A stretch of 64,000 nucleotides of DNA from a virus: IMG/VR virus record IMGVR_UViG_3300027985_001265, positions 1 through 64,000 of that record. The stretch is one strand, 5' to 3'. A model generated the notes under the pieces. The model was not told the origin of the DNA. It searched no databases and saw nothing but the letters and a program-made list of their open reading frames with translations. The number at the start of each line of letters is the position of its first letter. The stretch's first letter is position 1. Of this stretch, positions 29,701 through 40,032 are shown piece after piece. A program made the position numbers and the translations under genes.

Positions 29701-32700
29701 ACCAGGTTGCCCAGGACACCAGTATTGATCCCAGTACTCTCAAGACAGTTGAAGACTACAAAAAGACTAACGCTGTCAAAGCATTTACCAAGGTAAAAGG
29801 CGAAGCCAATCTCTTTAATGGTGAGGTCGAAGTAATTGATCACCTAAAAGAACAACATGCTGAAATGCAGGGTGAACAAAAAGTTGCCCTTGGTAAACTC
29901 ATTTCTTTCATGGAAAAGTTCTCTTCCACCTTAGATAAACTTTATCAGCATAAGAATACTGAATGGCTTTTTAAAGATGCTCTTTCATATTTTACAGTTT
30001 TTAATGGTGAAACCCGTTCTATAACCCATCCGACAACCAAGAAGGTAACCCAGAAAGCAGTCCGTAAATTGCCTGAAAATTTCAAAGCAGCCATGGCCTT
30101 ATCTGCCTTCAATTGGTTATCAACTCAAGCAGAAACAGAGGATCTTGAAAGAACCATTAAGAAGATTCTTGGTTTAAAAGCTTCTACCATTATAACCAAT
30201 GAATCCATGGGATTAATGGATGGTTTGGGGAATAAGGGTATTTACTTTTCAGAAGTTCTGGGTCGAGATGTAATCCGACACCTGCAGCTATCCTTCAGTG
30301 ATCAGGCCTTGGAAAACTTGGAGGAGAATCTCAGCAGGTCTACCGGTATGGCTATTCTCACCAATCTGCAGCAGATGGGTTACCTTAAACGTCAGTATGT
30401 TGATTCTGGAAAACGTAAAGGGTTAAAGCCGGAGAATTCTACTTTTGGTTTACAGGGTTTGGCTAATAAGTTGGATGGTATTTATGATGGAGAGATTACC
30501 AGCTTTCTGTTAGACGGCCCTCAGAAGGGTGTTACAGCAGATGACTTCTTCTCTCTGAAAACAGACAAGAAAGGTAACGTTCTTGGTTCTGTCAAAGAAC
30601 TTCGCCAACAGTACAAGCCCTTAAAGGTTTTCCTGGACGATCAGTTTGAAATGACTCCGAAGAGTCTTGAGGTGTCATTCGTGAAACCTGAACTCACTGG
30701 TGGTCAGGAACGCCTACAGAAAAGCAGTGAATCTGCCACCAAAGAGCAGACAGCCAATAAAGAGAAGAACGAGCAAACACCTTATAACGTATCCAATAAA
30801 ATGGACAAATTACTTCGTCGTTTTGGTGTGGATGCCATGAAGCTGTTTGCCGGATATCAGTCTGAGGAAGGTCGGCATGTAAACAGTATCATTAGTATCA
30901 AGGGTAAAAACCGGAGTATTGACCGATCCTTTGAACAGATTCAAACGTGGTATGAAATGGCTCAAAACCAAAAGAGTAAATTTCTGTCTAAGTTCTTTAT
31001 TCGGTCTGTATTTCAAGCAGTTGGTCGTATGCGTCAGGTTGGTTTGATCCGACCCCAGGGGGACAAGATACACCGAAATTTTTTCAATATGTCCACTACT
31101 GAAGTAGAGATTGATCCCCATAACAATGAAAAGCATCGTCAGCTCTTTATAGAAGCTGTAGGCCAAGGTCTTGGGATTGAGGCTAGTAAATATAGTTCTC
31201 TTGAAGAAACTCTTCGGCTGGTTGATGAAAAACTTGCTACGCCTGTTATCCAGGAAGGTTTGAAAGCACTTAAAGAAGTCCTTGATGGTAATAAAAAAGC
31301 CACCCCGGAGCAAGTTCAGGCAGTTATGGCTGCTATCAAATCTGGTGGTGAAGATCTTCATACTTTGAAAGTCCTCGAAGGATATCAAACTTTTCTGGAT
31401 AATCAACCTAAAGAGGGTAAGAAGGGCAAGCCTTTTAAAACAGACCTTTACCTGGAACGTGATGGTCTGGCCAATGGTGTCATGATGATGCTCACCCAAC
31501 TTAGAACAGCTCCTATTACCCGTGTATTCTTGGCTCGATTAATGAGCGTTGGTTTAGGATATAGAGCAGAAGGCAATGACTTTGATCATGCTACATACCT
31601 TGATCCTTATATGGCTATTGCCAGACATTGGAATACCTTCCTGAATGAGAGAATTGAAATTCTTCAACTACGTCCTCGTGAGTTGAAAGAGTGGAACCGA
31701 AAATTAAGGGAAGAGATCTCTCCAACCCCAGTAGAAGCCCAGGATCGTATTCGTAAAATTCGAGCTATAAACAGACTTCTGGAAGGTCTCGATAAACCAG
31801 GAGACTCAATAGTTGAACATAAGCGTAAACTAGCTAAAAACTTAAATGTAGGGGCTATTTACGGGGCGGAGAAGAATAGCACTGAACGAGGTATTGCCAC
31901 CAAGATTGTTGATGACGTCATTCCGGAAACTTTGGAGAGTATTGCTGCCCTTCGTAAAACTGATAGAGCGGCTGCAGATCTTCTTCAGAAACAGTTACAA
32001 GAAGCTCTTGGTAATTTAACTCAAACAGAAGTTTGGGATCCGAAGACCTTCAAGGGTAACCCTCTTGAATGGCAACTGTCCAAAGAAGCCAAAAAGGATA
32101 TCTATGCGGCTGTTTCTGTGGATTATGGGACCATGCTTTATGATGCTATGTCCCTGGTCTATGGTGATTTTCGTGAAGCCAGTAAACTCTTAAATCCTGC
32201 CATTGGTTTAGCTGCAGCCAATTACAATGCTGCCCTGCAAGCTCTTATTCAGCAACATGTTAAAGAGGGTAAACCATTAACTCGGGCGGATGTAAAAGCT
32301 TTTAAAGCAAGGCTGGAGTCCATACTCCCCAGGATTAAAACTCCGATGGGTGGTTTCATAAATCTGACAGACTTTACCGGGAGTGATGTTCTCGAAGAGG
32401 ATGATTTCTCAACGATTGAGCAGACATACTACCAGGTTGAAGGTTTCCCGAAGATTGGCCGGCTGATGGGTAAAGCTGTTTCTGTCAAAGAATTGAAAGC
32501 TCCCGGGGTTAAGCCAATTCCCAGCGTCATTCATATGCTTGATTCTATGGTGGCCAATATGTTGATGGGTGCTGTAGATCCGGAAACCTTTGGTATTTTG
32601 AATATTCATGATGCTGGGATCACAAATATCCTCCAGGCTGCTGAGATGACAAATATCCAGAATAAAGCCATGTTTGAAAACATGCGGGATTACAACTTGG

Positions 32701-35700
32701 CTTTTGAAATTGAGCAGGCTGTAAAACACAGTAATGATGCTTTCGTGAAATTGCTTAAAGAGGGTAGTCTTGGTGAAGGTATTGCTGATGGGATTGCTAA
32801 GAACAGAGATAAAATCTTTGCAGATGAAAAATATAACAAAATCCCTGAATACCCTGGAGCCAAGAAAAAGATTGAAGTAGATACGAAAACAGCTATCGAA
32901 TACGTCAGCGATATGGTTACCTGGGTTAAGAATAAAACATCTGCAAATAAGAAGTTTCTCCTTGGTTTAAAAACCAACCCTGATCTTGGTATTGTGACTC
33001 ACATGAACCAGTACATGGACCCGACTACCGGGGGGTATAAGACTGGGATCACCCCTAAAGAGACTGTCAGCAATATTAAGATGTCCGATATTCTCAAGGA
33101 TGCTGTAGTTAAAACCAGCCAGCAGGTGTTTGACGTAGCCCCTGATGAGGTCACAGAAGAAGAGATTCTATCTGCTGTAACTGAAGAGACCCCTGAGATG
33201 ACTACTATCAATCCTGAATTCGATCCAGATAAAAAAGGTTTCCAGATTATCCGCATACGCCAGGATGGGGAATTTATTGAACACAGGGTCAGAGCATTAA
33301 CCTTAGATGAGTTTCCTGGTATCGAGTTGGCTGCAGAACGCACTTCAAAGAATGTTTGGACCTTCTATGAAGCAACTACCGGTTTAACAGCTTTTAAACA
33401 TAAGGGTAATCAAGAAAAAGGTATTGAGGCTTTTAAAAAAGCAGTGACCCTTGAGATGTTTCAAAAAGCTCTCAAAGATGTTGCTGAAAAACAAAAGACT
33501 CTGGGTAGTAGTCGGTTGTCAAACCTATCCTTAGACCCTGCAGACTATGCTCTGGAAAGTGAGATCAACCGGGAGACTATACTTGATACCTACGAGGCCA
33601 TTAAAAATAATGGGTCTAAATCTGACAATGTTAATCACGATTTCCAGTTGAAGCATATTCTTTCTTCTTTGGTTCAAAATGTTATTGAGCCTCTGGACCT
33701 ATTCATGAAATCCAGTACTACTGATCAGACTGAAGGTGCTTTTGATTATGAATCAGGAAGAAAAGACAGGGTGTTTATCAGCAATCATTCTGGTCTGTTG
33801 AATCTTGGAATCCAGATGTCTACAGGTGAGGTTTACACCCATGAGTTGGTGCATGCTGTTATCCATAAAGGTCTGGAGATGAATCGTCACCTCTATGATA
33901 AGGTTAACCGGTTATACGACGTGGCTTATAATAAATTGAAACAGACTTATGGTGACGAGGGTCTTCGTATATTTTTGAGTGATCCAAATAATATTACCAA
34001 CCAAGCAGAAATATCTCTAGCCCATGAACGTTTCAATTATCTTTTTCGTGATGCCGGCACACATGGCTCCAATACTCAGAACCAGTATACTGGAGTAACT
34101 TCCAATAAGATCAAGTCCAACCATCTTGATGAATTTATGGCCTTTGGTTTAACCAATGAGAATTTTAGCAACTTCCTCAAAGGTATTAGCTTGGGTCAGA
34201 CTGATTATGCAAAAAGCACCTGGTCGAATATTCGGGGAGCCAATATTCAAGAAACTCTCTTGAATATCTTTCAGATGATCATGGACTTTTTCAGAGGAAG
34301 GCTGACGGATATTAATCGTCGAGTAGCCTATCAAGAACTTGAGGCTTTGGCTCAACAACTATCAAATACTGAATCCAGATGGAAAAGCCAACGGTTTGAA
34401 GTAGTTCGTAAATTTGTTGGTTTAAGTGGGAAGCTTTCTGAGAAAGGTAACAGTCTGGTGAAGGCTACTTTTAAAAAAGTAGCACCTAAAGCTGAAACCT
34501 GGAAAGAGGGTTATGATATTCTCATGAAAGACCCCAGTAAAGGTGGTCAGATGCTTCGGGATCTTATCTATAAAGCCAGGGCTATGGACCAGGGGGTTGT
34601 TAAAACTACTGTACAGGAAGCACGGGGAGTTACTGAAAGACTGTCTGACTATTACCAGATGCTTACTCGTAAAAAAAGAATTCTTGATGCTTCCAAAGAG
34701 GCTGTTGCCCGTGCTTGGAGTTCTATGGCCAATGACTTTTTTACATTGGATCTAACCAAGGAGCAGAAGACAAATTTAACCAAAGCTGGATTAAAGGCCG
34801 ATGCTGGAATTCTGCTGGATGTTCATGGCTCAGATCATTTGCTTAAAATTTATTCTGACGAGTCTGTTAGAAACATGGAGATCCAAAAGGTTCTTGATAC
34901 CATAGAAGGTAAGCTTAACCAGATCCTGGAATCTGTGAATAAGAAAAAGCAAAGCACTGTTGTTGCTCAGTACCTGAATTATTATGATCGGGCAGCTATG
35001 GCTTTGGGTGATTTCATAATCCACTCTCAATTCCGAAAAGGTGAAGACGCTCCTTTGAATGCCCAGCTTATTGCTGAGTTGGCCGGTACCACTGAAATGG
35101 GAAATATGAGAGAGGTGGATGCCAAGAAAGTGGAACCCCTGATTGATCAATTGGCAAGCCTTTACGCCATTGGAAGCCTATCTGAAAACTCCCGAGCTGA
35201 ATTCGCTGACATATTGACTAATGATGCGGAGGGTGTGTCTAAGATGTTTCAGATGCAAAAAACTCTTAAAGAACAAGCCCGGGAAACTTTGTTTGCCGGC
35301 AGCGAACGTCTATTTATAAAAGGGTATGTCAAGACTGTTTTGAATCCTGAGATGTCTCTCGAATTTGGTACTCTGGCAGACGAAGCTGAGATGACCCGGT
35401 TGGGATATACTCGAAGCGAAAAACCTTTGCCTCGGGATGAAGCGGATGTTTATCGTAACCAGGATATTTATCTCTATACAGCCAGAAATGGTCGTATGAA
35501 TACTTTGCAGTCTGGATTGATGTCTTATACTCGGAATAAAGCCAAAGGCCAAGGAGGACGTGCTCTAGCTGCTCAGACAAGCAATTCCACTGAACAAGGC
35601 TATCTGAACATGGAACAGATTATCATAAACAAACACGCTGTTCGGGATCATATGTTCACTCAAAAACGAAATTCCCGGGCCAAGCTTTCCAATGTAATGG

Positions 35701-37142
35701 TTGCCAAAACAGATGCTCTAGGATTTTCCATTGATTACCGGTATATGATGTCTGAGGCAAGCAAGGATGCTTATTTAAGTCAGGTCAGTGATTTCGATAC
35801 TGTGTTTGGTTCTATGGCTGCTCAGATTCTTGATAAAGGTGTTACTCCCATTGTTAATGAGGAGTTGATTCATCGGTTAAAACAGACCTATGACGAAGAG
35901 TACCAAAATAACCCTGCTGCTTTTAAAGCCATTGGGCCTAACGTAGCTGACCCAGATATGGTAGAGCAATATTATTTAATCCCGGAGAAAACCCGGAAAG
36001 TAGTTGCGGATGTTTGGGGGCCTGAAAAGACCATGTATGTACCCAAGGATCTTATGACATTAGCTTTCGGTTACCGTAAATACTCAATCATTGATGCTTT
36101 TACCAAGAAGCCCTCTGAACGTGCCAGGTTGGAAAAAATGGTAGTTACCCTTTTTCAACATATTACCCGGGACATAACCGGAGAGTCCGGCCGAGCTATC
36201 AAGGCGGCTAATACTGCAGAGCGTATGGCTATAGAAATGACTCATTATGCCAAGGACAACATCATTGTAAAATCCTTGACAGTCACGCTCGGCAACTTTG
36301 GCTCTAACTTAATGTACTTGAGGATGCGGGGTGTACCCATCAGTACAACTCTGAAGCATGGGTGGGACGCTGTGAAATATGGTACTCGGTTTCAGGCTGA
36401 CAGTCAGAGAATGAATAAACTTTTGATAGAAAAAGATACCCGGGAAAAATCAAATACACCAGAAGATCAACGTCGATTAAAGGAAATCCAAAAAGAGTTG
36501 ATGCAACTCAAGGATGCTCTGGCCAGAAATCCTGTACTAGATTCCATAGACTCTGGGCTGATGCCCTCTCTGGTAGATGATGTTGATACCCAGGGACAGC
36601 AAAACTATTTTCCAGGCATGATCGAAAGCTATGTTGAGGATAAGACCAAAAATCTTCCTAAACCGGTTAAACAGTTCGGTAGAGTCGCTTTTTTGACCCA
36701 AGACACAGAAGTATACAAGGTGCTCAATAATGCTGTTAAAATGACCGATTTTGTGGGCCGGCACATTCTGTATAAGCACTATACAGAAAGCCTCGGAATG
36801 AGCCAAAAAGAAGCTGCTGCAAAGGCGATTGATGAGTTCGTGAACTTTGATATTGCTTCTCATCGGATCACTGAGTATTTGAATGAAATAGGCCTTCTTT
36901 GGTTTACCAAGTATGCCACCAGGATTCCTCGGATAGCAATTAAGGCTGTCATGGACCGACCTTTTGATTCAGCAATGTCCTATTTATTGTCTACCCATTT
37001 GGGTACAGATAATATCTTAGATTCAACTATCCCAAATCTTCCATATAAAACGGGTTTACCTCCTACTGCTGTAGCCACTTCAATGGACGATATTCTATCT
37101 GCCCAGGGAGCAGGCTGGATTTTGGGGTCAATTTTACCCTGA
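26778..37142 (+). CDS. Virion-encapsidated RNA polymerase (N4 gp50)
   Basis: 3454 aa, no Cys seen. Motifs 'AVGRMRQ', A 'ERDGLANG', B 'RKLAKNLNVGAIYG', C 'IHDA'; C-terminal 'THELVH'. Confidence 0.97.
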   Translation: MPSLEFSTLFDKKAATVQAATEDKKAQLGNTSSAAGYLISRIEQEQALAPLDLSNKEAPKIDLDPVPENSLEAMGRGGREAIQGMVGLGYGLGAGVGAIAESIAGEGGLSSGFKEAMVKKYIENEQDMAQYSRPEDSLTYSWEKAKDGDYGAMLSWATHGTGYVASQLATILAGSGVVAGGTRLIGKKMVGQVMSGLVEKEATRLAAGKTVTEAVLNKATANVTAKVGEHLGMAASGFGMEGGEILGDLAKQSTERGTPLTAGEIGQGLTATALAGAVEYMETLLSVSALKGKLGKFPGATEMDGIAGKLARGAITGGKTAAGEAVQEATQTGIERWGKGDDLTSEDAVREYIDAAGLGALGGGPASVGGVFTRSTKEQEEVDRKRAEKKEAQARVRPQTQPGFDQKVAEVVETGNTSQFTEAEKPENNPTTAMHVAQKQTQKEGATRTDKLKTRDDAVKVFQSLVQSEMETKAKVDALDEKIKTAATPEDKARYTEEQAQLIAKGEYLKTQREDVTPLMQSIVKATDDEIPGLVEDFKKSFEQEAPSGAVNEILRKVFGSNGGKAFFQDDSVDFNQIIKDHQDKLTPEDIGVLQKVANLQKSVKAVVDKTTKSMGQVNTDILDGGDGYIGLFQHKQGVVDALNNGDIQLAAERQNAFSQWAKERVVRANTFTGMYQAFKNNVEPSAAIKKSFGTINAKQVANGRKAYSIGPKTWSLAETMRLEAKALNDGVALTQAMFPSQTAEQTQSNGTVANVASPSTQVDTTNPGTQTSPDLEGRAGDAQSNPGGEQTSRQGTPAPKVEKQPRAKIAPTVQLPSHISTDTQQTLSEMGFVEEQIQEMKPAAANWHVSQKDKSLDELREAQKAVNPNTAKAALYKELIATKEQQEQKEDIATPPETKEPKIKQEKPSEELKKESDQTEDFPFANEPPIDDNYDYQLSQMVEQNDEVFSPVVEQEEPITKSERDSSRIYGPANQVAQDTSIDPSTLKTVEDYKKTNAVKAFTKVKGEANLFNGEVEVIDHLKEQHAEMQGEQKVALGKLISFMEKFSSTLDKLYQHKNTEWLFKDALSYFTVFNGETRSITHPTTKKVTQKAVRKLPENFKAAMALSAFNWLSTQAETEDLERTIKKILGLKASTIITNESMGLMDGLGNKGIYFSEVLGRDVIRHLQLSFSDQALENLEENLSRSTGMAILTNLQQMGYLKRQYVDSGKRKGLKPENSTFGLQGLANKLDGIYDGEITSFLLDGPQKGVTADDFFSLKTDKKGNVLGSVKELRQQYKPLKVFLDDQFEMTPKSLEVSFVKPELTGGQERLQKSSESATKEQTANKEKNEQTPYNVSNKMDKLLRRFGVDAMKLFAGYQSEEGRHVNSIISIKGKNRSIDRSFEQIQTWYEMAQNQKSKFLSKFFIRSVFQAVGRMRQVGLIRPQGDKIHRNFFNMSTTEVEIDPHNNEKHRQLFIEAVGQGLGIEASKYSSLEETLRLVDEKLATPVIQEGLKALKEVLDGNKKATPEQVQAVMAAIKSGGEDLHTLKVLEGYQTFLDNQPKEGKKGKPFKTDLYLERDGLANGVMMMLTQLRTAPITRVFLARLMSVGLGYRAEGNDFDHATYLDPYMAIARHWNTFLNERIEILQLRPRELKEWNRKLREEISPTPVEAQDRIRKIRAINRLLEGLDKPGDSIVEHKRKLAKNLNVGAIYGAEKNSTERGIATKIVDDVIPETLESIAALRKTDRAAADLLQKQLQEALGNLTQTEVWDPKTFKGNPLEWQLSKEAKKDIYAAVSVDYGTMLYDAMSLVYGDFREASKLLNPAIGLAAANYNAALQALIQQHVKEGKPLTRADVKAFKARLESILPRIKTPMGGFINLTDFTGSDVLEEDDFSTIEQTYYQVEGFPKIGRLMGKAVSVKELKAPGVKPIPSVIHMLDSMVANMLMGAVDPETFGILNIHDAGITNILQAAEMTNIQNKAMFENMRDYNLAFEIEQAVKHSNDAFVKLLKEGSLGEGIADGIAKNRDKIFADEKYNKIPEYPGAKKKIEVDTKTAIEYVSDMVTWVKNKTSANKKFLLGLKTNPDLGIVTHMNQYMDPTTGGYKTGITPKETVSNIKMSDILKDAVVKTSQQVFDVAPDEVTEEEILSAVTEETPEMTTINPEFDPDKKGFQIIRIRQDGEFIEHRVRALTLDEFPGIELAAERTSKNVWTFYEATTGLTAFKHKGNQEKGIEAFKKAVTLEMFQKALKDVAEKQKTLGSSRLSNLSLDPADYALESEINRETILDTYEAIKNNGSKSDNVNHDFQLKHILSSLVQNVIEPLDLFMKSSTTDQTEGAFDYESGRKDRVFISNHSGLLNLGIQMSTGEVYTHELVHAVIHKGLEMNRHLYDKVNRLYDVAYNKLKQTYGDEGLRIFLSDPNNITNQAEISLAHERFNYLFRDAGTHGSNTQNQYTGVTSNKIKSNHLDEFMAFGLTNENFSNFLKGISLGQTDYAKSTWSNIRGANIQETLLNIFQMIMDFFRGRLTDINRRVAYQELEALAQQLSNTESRWKSQRFEVVRKFVGLSGKLSEKGNSLVKATFKKVAPKAETWKEGYDILMKDPSKGGQMLRDLIYKARAMDQGVVKTTVQEARGVTERLSDYYQMLTRKKRILDASKEAVARAWSSMANDFFTLDLTKEQKTNLTKAGLKADAGILLDVHGSDHLLKIYSDESVRNMEIQKVLDTIEGKLNQILESVNKKKQSTVVAQYLNYYDRAAMALGDFIIHSQFRKGEDAPLNAQLIAELAGTTEMGNMREVDAKKVEPLIDQLASLYAIGSLSENSRAEFADILTNDAEGVSKMFQMQKTLKEQARETLFAGSERLFIKGYVKTVLNPEMSLEFGTLADEAEMTRLGYTRSEKPLPRDEADVYRNQDIYLYTARNGRMNTLQSGLMSYTRNKAKGQGGRALAAQTSNSTEQGYLNMEQIIINKHAVRDHMFTQKRNSRAKLSNVMVAKTDALGFSIDYRYMMSEASKDAYLSQVSDFDTVFGSMAAQILDKGVTPIVNEELIHRLKQTYDEEYQNNPAAFKAIGPNVADPDMVEQYYLIPEKTRKVVADVWGPEKTMYVPKDLMTLAFGYRKYSIIDAFTKKPSERARLEKMVVTLFQHITRDITGESGRAIKAANTAERMAIEMTHYAKDNIIVKSLTVTLGNFGSNLMYLRMRGVPISTTLKHGWDAVKYGTRFQADSQRMNKLLIEKDTREKSNTPEDQRRLKEIQKELMQLKDALARNPVLDSIDSGLMPSLVDDVDTQGQQNYFPGMIESYVEDKTKNLPKPVKQFGRVAFLTQDTEVYKVLNNAVKMTDFVGRHILYKHYTESLGMSQKEAAAKAIDEFVNFDIASHRITEYLNEIGLLWFTKYATRIPRIAIKAVMDRPFDSAMSYLLSTHLGTDNILDSTIPNLPYKTGLPPTAVATSMDDILSAQGAGWILGSILP

Positions 37143-37219
37143 TAGAGGGAATGTAAATTGCCTCCTATTAATGTATGAAAAGAGAAAATTAATACATAAT
37201 TCAAAGGGTAATATGCTTA

Positions 37220-37600
37220 ATGGAAAGAACTCTTATAACTCTGCTGGCTGGCAGTGTAGTTAGTCTACTCGGTAAAGGTGCCTGGGATTATTTTAAAAGT
37301 GGTCAAGTTGAAAAGGCTTCTATTTATGTAACTAAATCGGAGTGTCTTTCCACGGTACAACGCTGTAATTTACCTAATGTGAAAGATCAACTTTCTGATG
37401 TTAAGTCTAAGTTGGAATCTTTTAAAGCTGAAATGAAAGCCCGGATGATAGATATGGAAAAACGTGTTGAACAAAGCAGTCTGGACATCCGGGAATTCAG
37501 GGATGACATATCAGAAATTAAGTCAGCTCAGGTTAAAACACATATGCTTCTTGAAACATTACTTCAAAACTCAAAACATGAAAAACTTTCCGGAGAATAA
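37220..37600 (+). CDS. N-terminal TM plus coiled-coil protein (holin/lysis-associated-like)
   Basis: Hydrophobic N-terminus, 'YVTKSEC' motif, heptad pattern. Confidence 0.55.
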   Translation: MERTLITLLAGSVVSLLGKGAWDYFKSGQVEKASIYVTKSECLSTVQRCNLPNVKDQLSDVKSKLESFKAEMKARMIDMEKRVEQSSLDIREFRDDISEIKSAQVKTHMLLETLLQNSKHEKLSGE

Positions 37601-37602
37601 AT

Positions 37603-37905
37603 ATGGGAATGATCTTTGTAGGGCAAACTGCCTTATCCATTATCGCTGATTTGAGCGAGGATATTACAGGGGCCACTTGTCTTGTGAAATACAAGAAGCC
37701 TTCAGGAACTCTTGGGAGTTTTTCAGCAACTATTACGGATGCTGAAAATGGTATTATTTCTGCTTCTCCGGAATCTGAAAGTGACATAGATGAACCTGGT
37801 CGGTGGGTTGTCTGGGGTTATGTAACTTTTGCTGATGGTTCTGTTATTGCTGGAGAGCCTGAAGAAATGATGGTATACCCTGAAGGATATTTGCCTCGAA
37901 CATAA
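37603..37905 (+). CDS. BppU-like beta-sandwich structural protein
   Basis: 'YKKPSG...ATITDAENGII...DIDEPGRW..WGYVTF'. Confidence 0.6.
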   Translation: MGMIFVGQTALSIIADLSEDITGATCLVKYKKPSGTLGSFSATITDAENGIISASPESESDIDEPGRWVVWGYVTFADGSVIAGEPEEMMVYPEGYLPRT

Positions 37906-37933
37906 GGGGGAGGTGAAGACTCCCCCTAGTTTT
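37905..37933. terminator. Terminator at the convergence of the late and middle blocks
   Basis: AGGGGGAG/CTCCCCCT stem. Confidence 0.75.
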
Positions 37934-37936
37934 AGT

Positions 37937-38500
37937 TTATTTTACTGATGCTTCTGTAAAACGACGACATTTTTTACAAGGTATAGCATCATACTCTATG
38001 TATTTCATCACGCACTTATCATGATGGATACAAGAGTAACTCCTGTCTGGATCTGCCAAATGGTCATTATGCTTATCAATACTATTTGGCAGATCCCCTC
38101 TTGCGGCCCTTCTGGATGAAGAGCAACTACTGCAACATACTGAGGCTTGCGCTCTCAAACTGACATGCTCGGCGCCACATGAACATCGCTTGTATTTCGT
38201 GATCAAAGGATGTTTTTCTCCAAGATTTTCCCAGCAGATAGGGCAGATACGTTTGCCTCTGTTTTTCTGCTTTGCGAATTCTGGGAAATATTTTATCACC
38301 CGGGCATCATCATCATTGTCAATGACATGACCACATTCGTATATGTTATATGCTCGGTCTGATTCTGGTTTTATGTCTGCTTGTTTGAGCATACGTTTAA
38401 CCAGAGTTAAGGAGATTCTGACTTTCGCTTTGTCACACCAGTTTACTGGTGTGACAACCATTCCATCAGTGTGTTGCTTTGGCTTCATACTAACCCTCAA
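37937..38500 (-). CDS. Cys-rich multi-zinc-finger protein
   Basis: CGH, CPIC, CSCG, CSSC, CxxxDKC, PCKKC. Confidence 0.7.
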   Translation of the reverse strand: MRVSMKPKQHTDGMVVTPVNWCDKAKVRISLTLVKRMLKQADIKPESDRAYNIYECGHVIDNDDDARVIKYFPEFAKQKNRGKRICPICWENLGEKHPLITKYKRCSCGAEHVSLRAQASVCCSSCSSSRRAARGDLPNSIDKHNDHLADPDRSYSCIHHDKCVMKYIEYDAIPCKKCRRFTEASVK

Positions 38501-38508
38501 AATAGAAT

Positions 38509-39792
38509 TTAATTCATAAATAATTCTACGTCTTCAGGAAGTTTATCTTCGTGGCGTTTACTGAAACGTGGGAATTGGAATTTACCGGTATCAGGAAACC
38601 GTTGATCATACTTCACTTCGATAACACAAGGAAACTCCCAAGAGTCGGGATCCCGATCAGCATCTGTCAAACCACCAACGGTGCCTAGGTCAATCCGATT
38701 ACCCGTGGTGTCATATTGACAGATTTTGAGAGAACCAACCAGTCCTTGGAATCTTCCCTTACCTGGAGCGTAACCGTCTGCGATAACGTCTATGTCGCCC
38801 TGTGGTTTAACCTTAAAGGCGGCGCAACGATTTGGCTTACCATTCATCGTAATTTCTATACATTTGGTGGTATCCCAAAGAACAAACCCCTCAATCTGTT
38901 TTTTGTTCTCCCAAGCCAAACGTGTCGCTTCTTCCCCGGATTTTATTGGAACCTCTTTAGGGACGAATATTGATTTTCCTGCAGAGATGTCTGGGGATTT
39001 AAGATTCAGGCTATTGAGAATAACCTGATATGGAAATGATGCTGCTAAATTACCATCCAAGTACAGGATGGTTAGGAGTGCTGCTCGTACCCTGTATATT
39101 TCTTGAAGAGCCAGGGATTTTGGCACTTCATCTTTACAAACTCCGTCAGCAACGTCGGCCTTGCTGATTTGGGACATCAGCAGGAAAGCTGTCATGTGTG
39201 GGATCTGGAGCTGCGGGTCAATCATAAACTCAGTGTAAAACAAAGTCCCATTGGGGTATTCCTGAGACTTAACTTCTTCGACGATACTCGGGTATTTTAA
39301 CGTGTGGTCACACCACCTACGAGTGTATATCCGAATATCACCGTCTGTTCGGATCAGGATAAAATGCCCGATTCCGTTGTATTTCACGAAGAATTTCCCA
39401 TTCCCGGATTTGAGCAACTTGTTCATGGCCGGGATGGAAATAGTCTTCTTTGGTTTTGAAATACAGAAGGATTCAGGGATATTGTCCAGGTCCAGACCTT
39501 CTCCGGTTTGATCCAAGATGGAGAGGTCATCCAGGCTGGGTACCTCAAGATATCCCTCTTTAGTCTTGGTTTTGATCAGCCGGAGGTACTCTTCTTCGGC
39601 AACCTGCTCTGGGCTTTTCTCATTGGTTTTACCAATGTTGACCCCGGTACAGGTGTTGGCTGTGCTTTGAATATTATCACTACCAACATGTCCGTATTCC
39701 CGGGAAACTGTGTCTCCAGATAGCATAAGCTTTATGAAGACAGGTTGCCCTAGTTGAGTTTTTTTAACTAAAATTGTTTGTTTTTCTTCCAT
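38509..39792 (-). CDS. ATP-dependent DNA ligase with N-terminal WGR-like domain
   Basis: Motif I 'VKYNG', 'EGFVLW', 'FKVKP', OB-fold 'EVKY...QFPRF..RHEDK'. Start taken at MEEKQ. Confidence 0.85.
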   Translation of the reverse strand: MEEKQTILVKKTQLGQPVFIKLMLSGDTVSREYGHVGSDNIQSTANTCTGVNIGKTNEKSPEQVAEEEYLRLIKTKTKEGYLEVPSLDDLSILDQTGEGLDLDNIPESFCISKPKKTISIPAMNKLLKSGNGKFFVKYNGIGHFILIRTDGDIRIYTRRWCDHTLKYPSIVEEVKSQEYPNGTLFYTEFMIDPQLQIPHMTAFLLMSQISKADVADGVCKDEVPKSLALQEIYRVRAALLTILYLDGNLAASFPYQVILNSLNLKSPDISAGKSIFVPKEVPIKSGEEATRLAWENKKQIEGFVLWDTTKCIEITMNGKPNRCAAFKVKPQGDIDVIADGYAPGKGRFQGLVGSLKICQYDTTGNRIDLGTVGGLTDADRDPDSWEFPCVIEVKYDQRFPDTGKFQFPRFSKRHEDKLPEDVELFMN

Positions 39793-39981
39793 AAGTTTCC
39801 TTTTTGATGTTTTTGCTTTTACCAGAAATAATCTCCATAACAAGAAAATGTCAGACTTAAATTGATAATCAATATTTCATTTTTAAACAAAAACCTTAAT
39901 GTAATACTCTTCTGGTAAAGTTTTTATTTAAAAGTGAAATAGTGTGTTTATATTTATTAGAATGCCAGTACAATAAGGCAC

Positions 39982-39998
39982 TTTTTAGTAACTAAAAA
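39982..39998. promoter_or_regulatory. Palindromic operator candidate upstream of the HxlR gene
   Basis: TTTTTAGT-A-ACTAAAAA in the divergent AT-rich intergenic region. Confidence 0.45.
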
Positions 39999-40032
39999 TT
40001 ACCTATAGGAAAGGGGGATTTTCATAGAAAAT

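Noticed and set aside
26778-37142. Numerous short antisense ORFs within vRNAP and other long genes
   Set aside because: Shadow ORFs of strongly supported genes, without RBS or motifs
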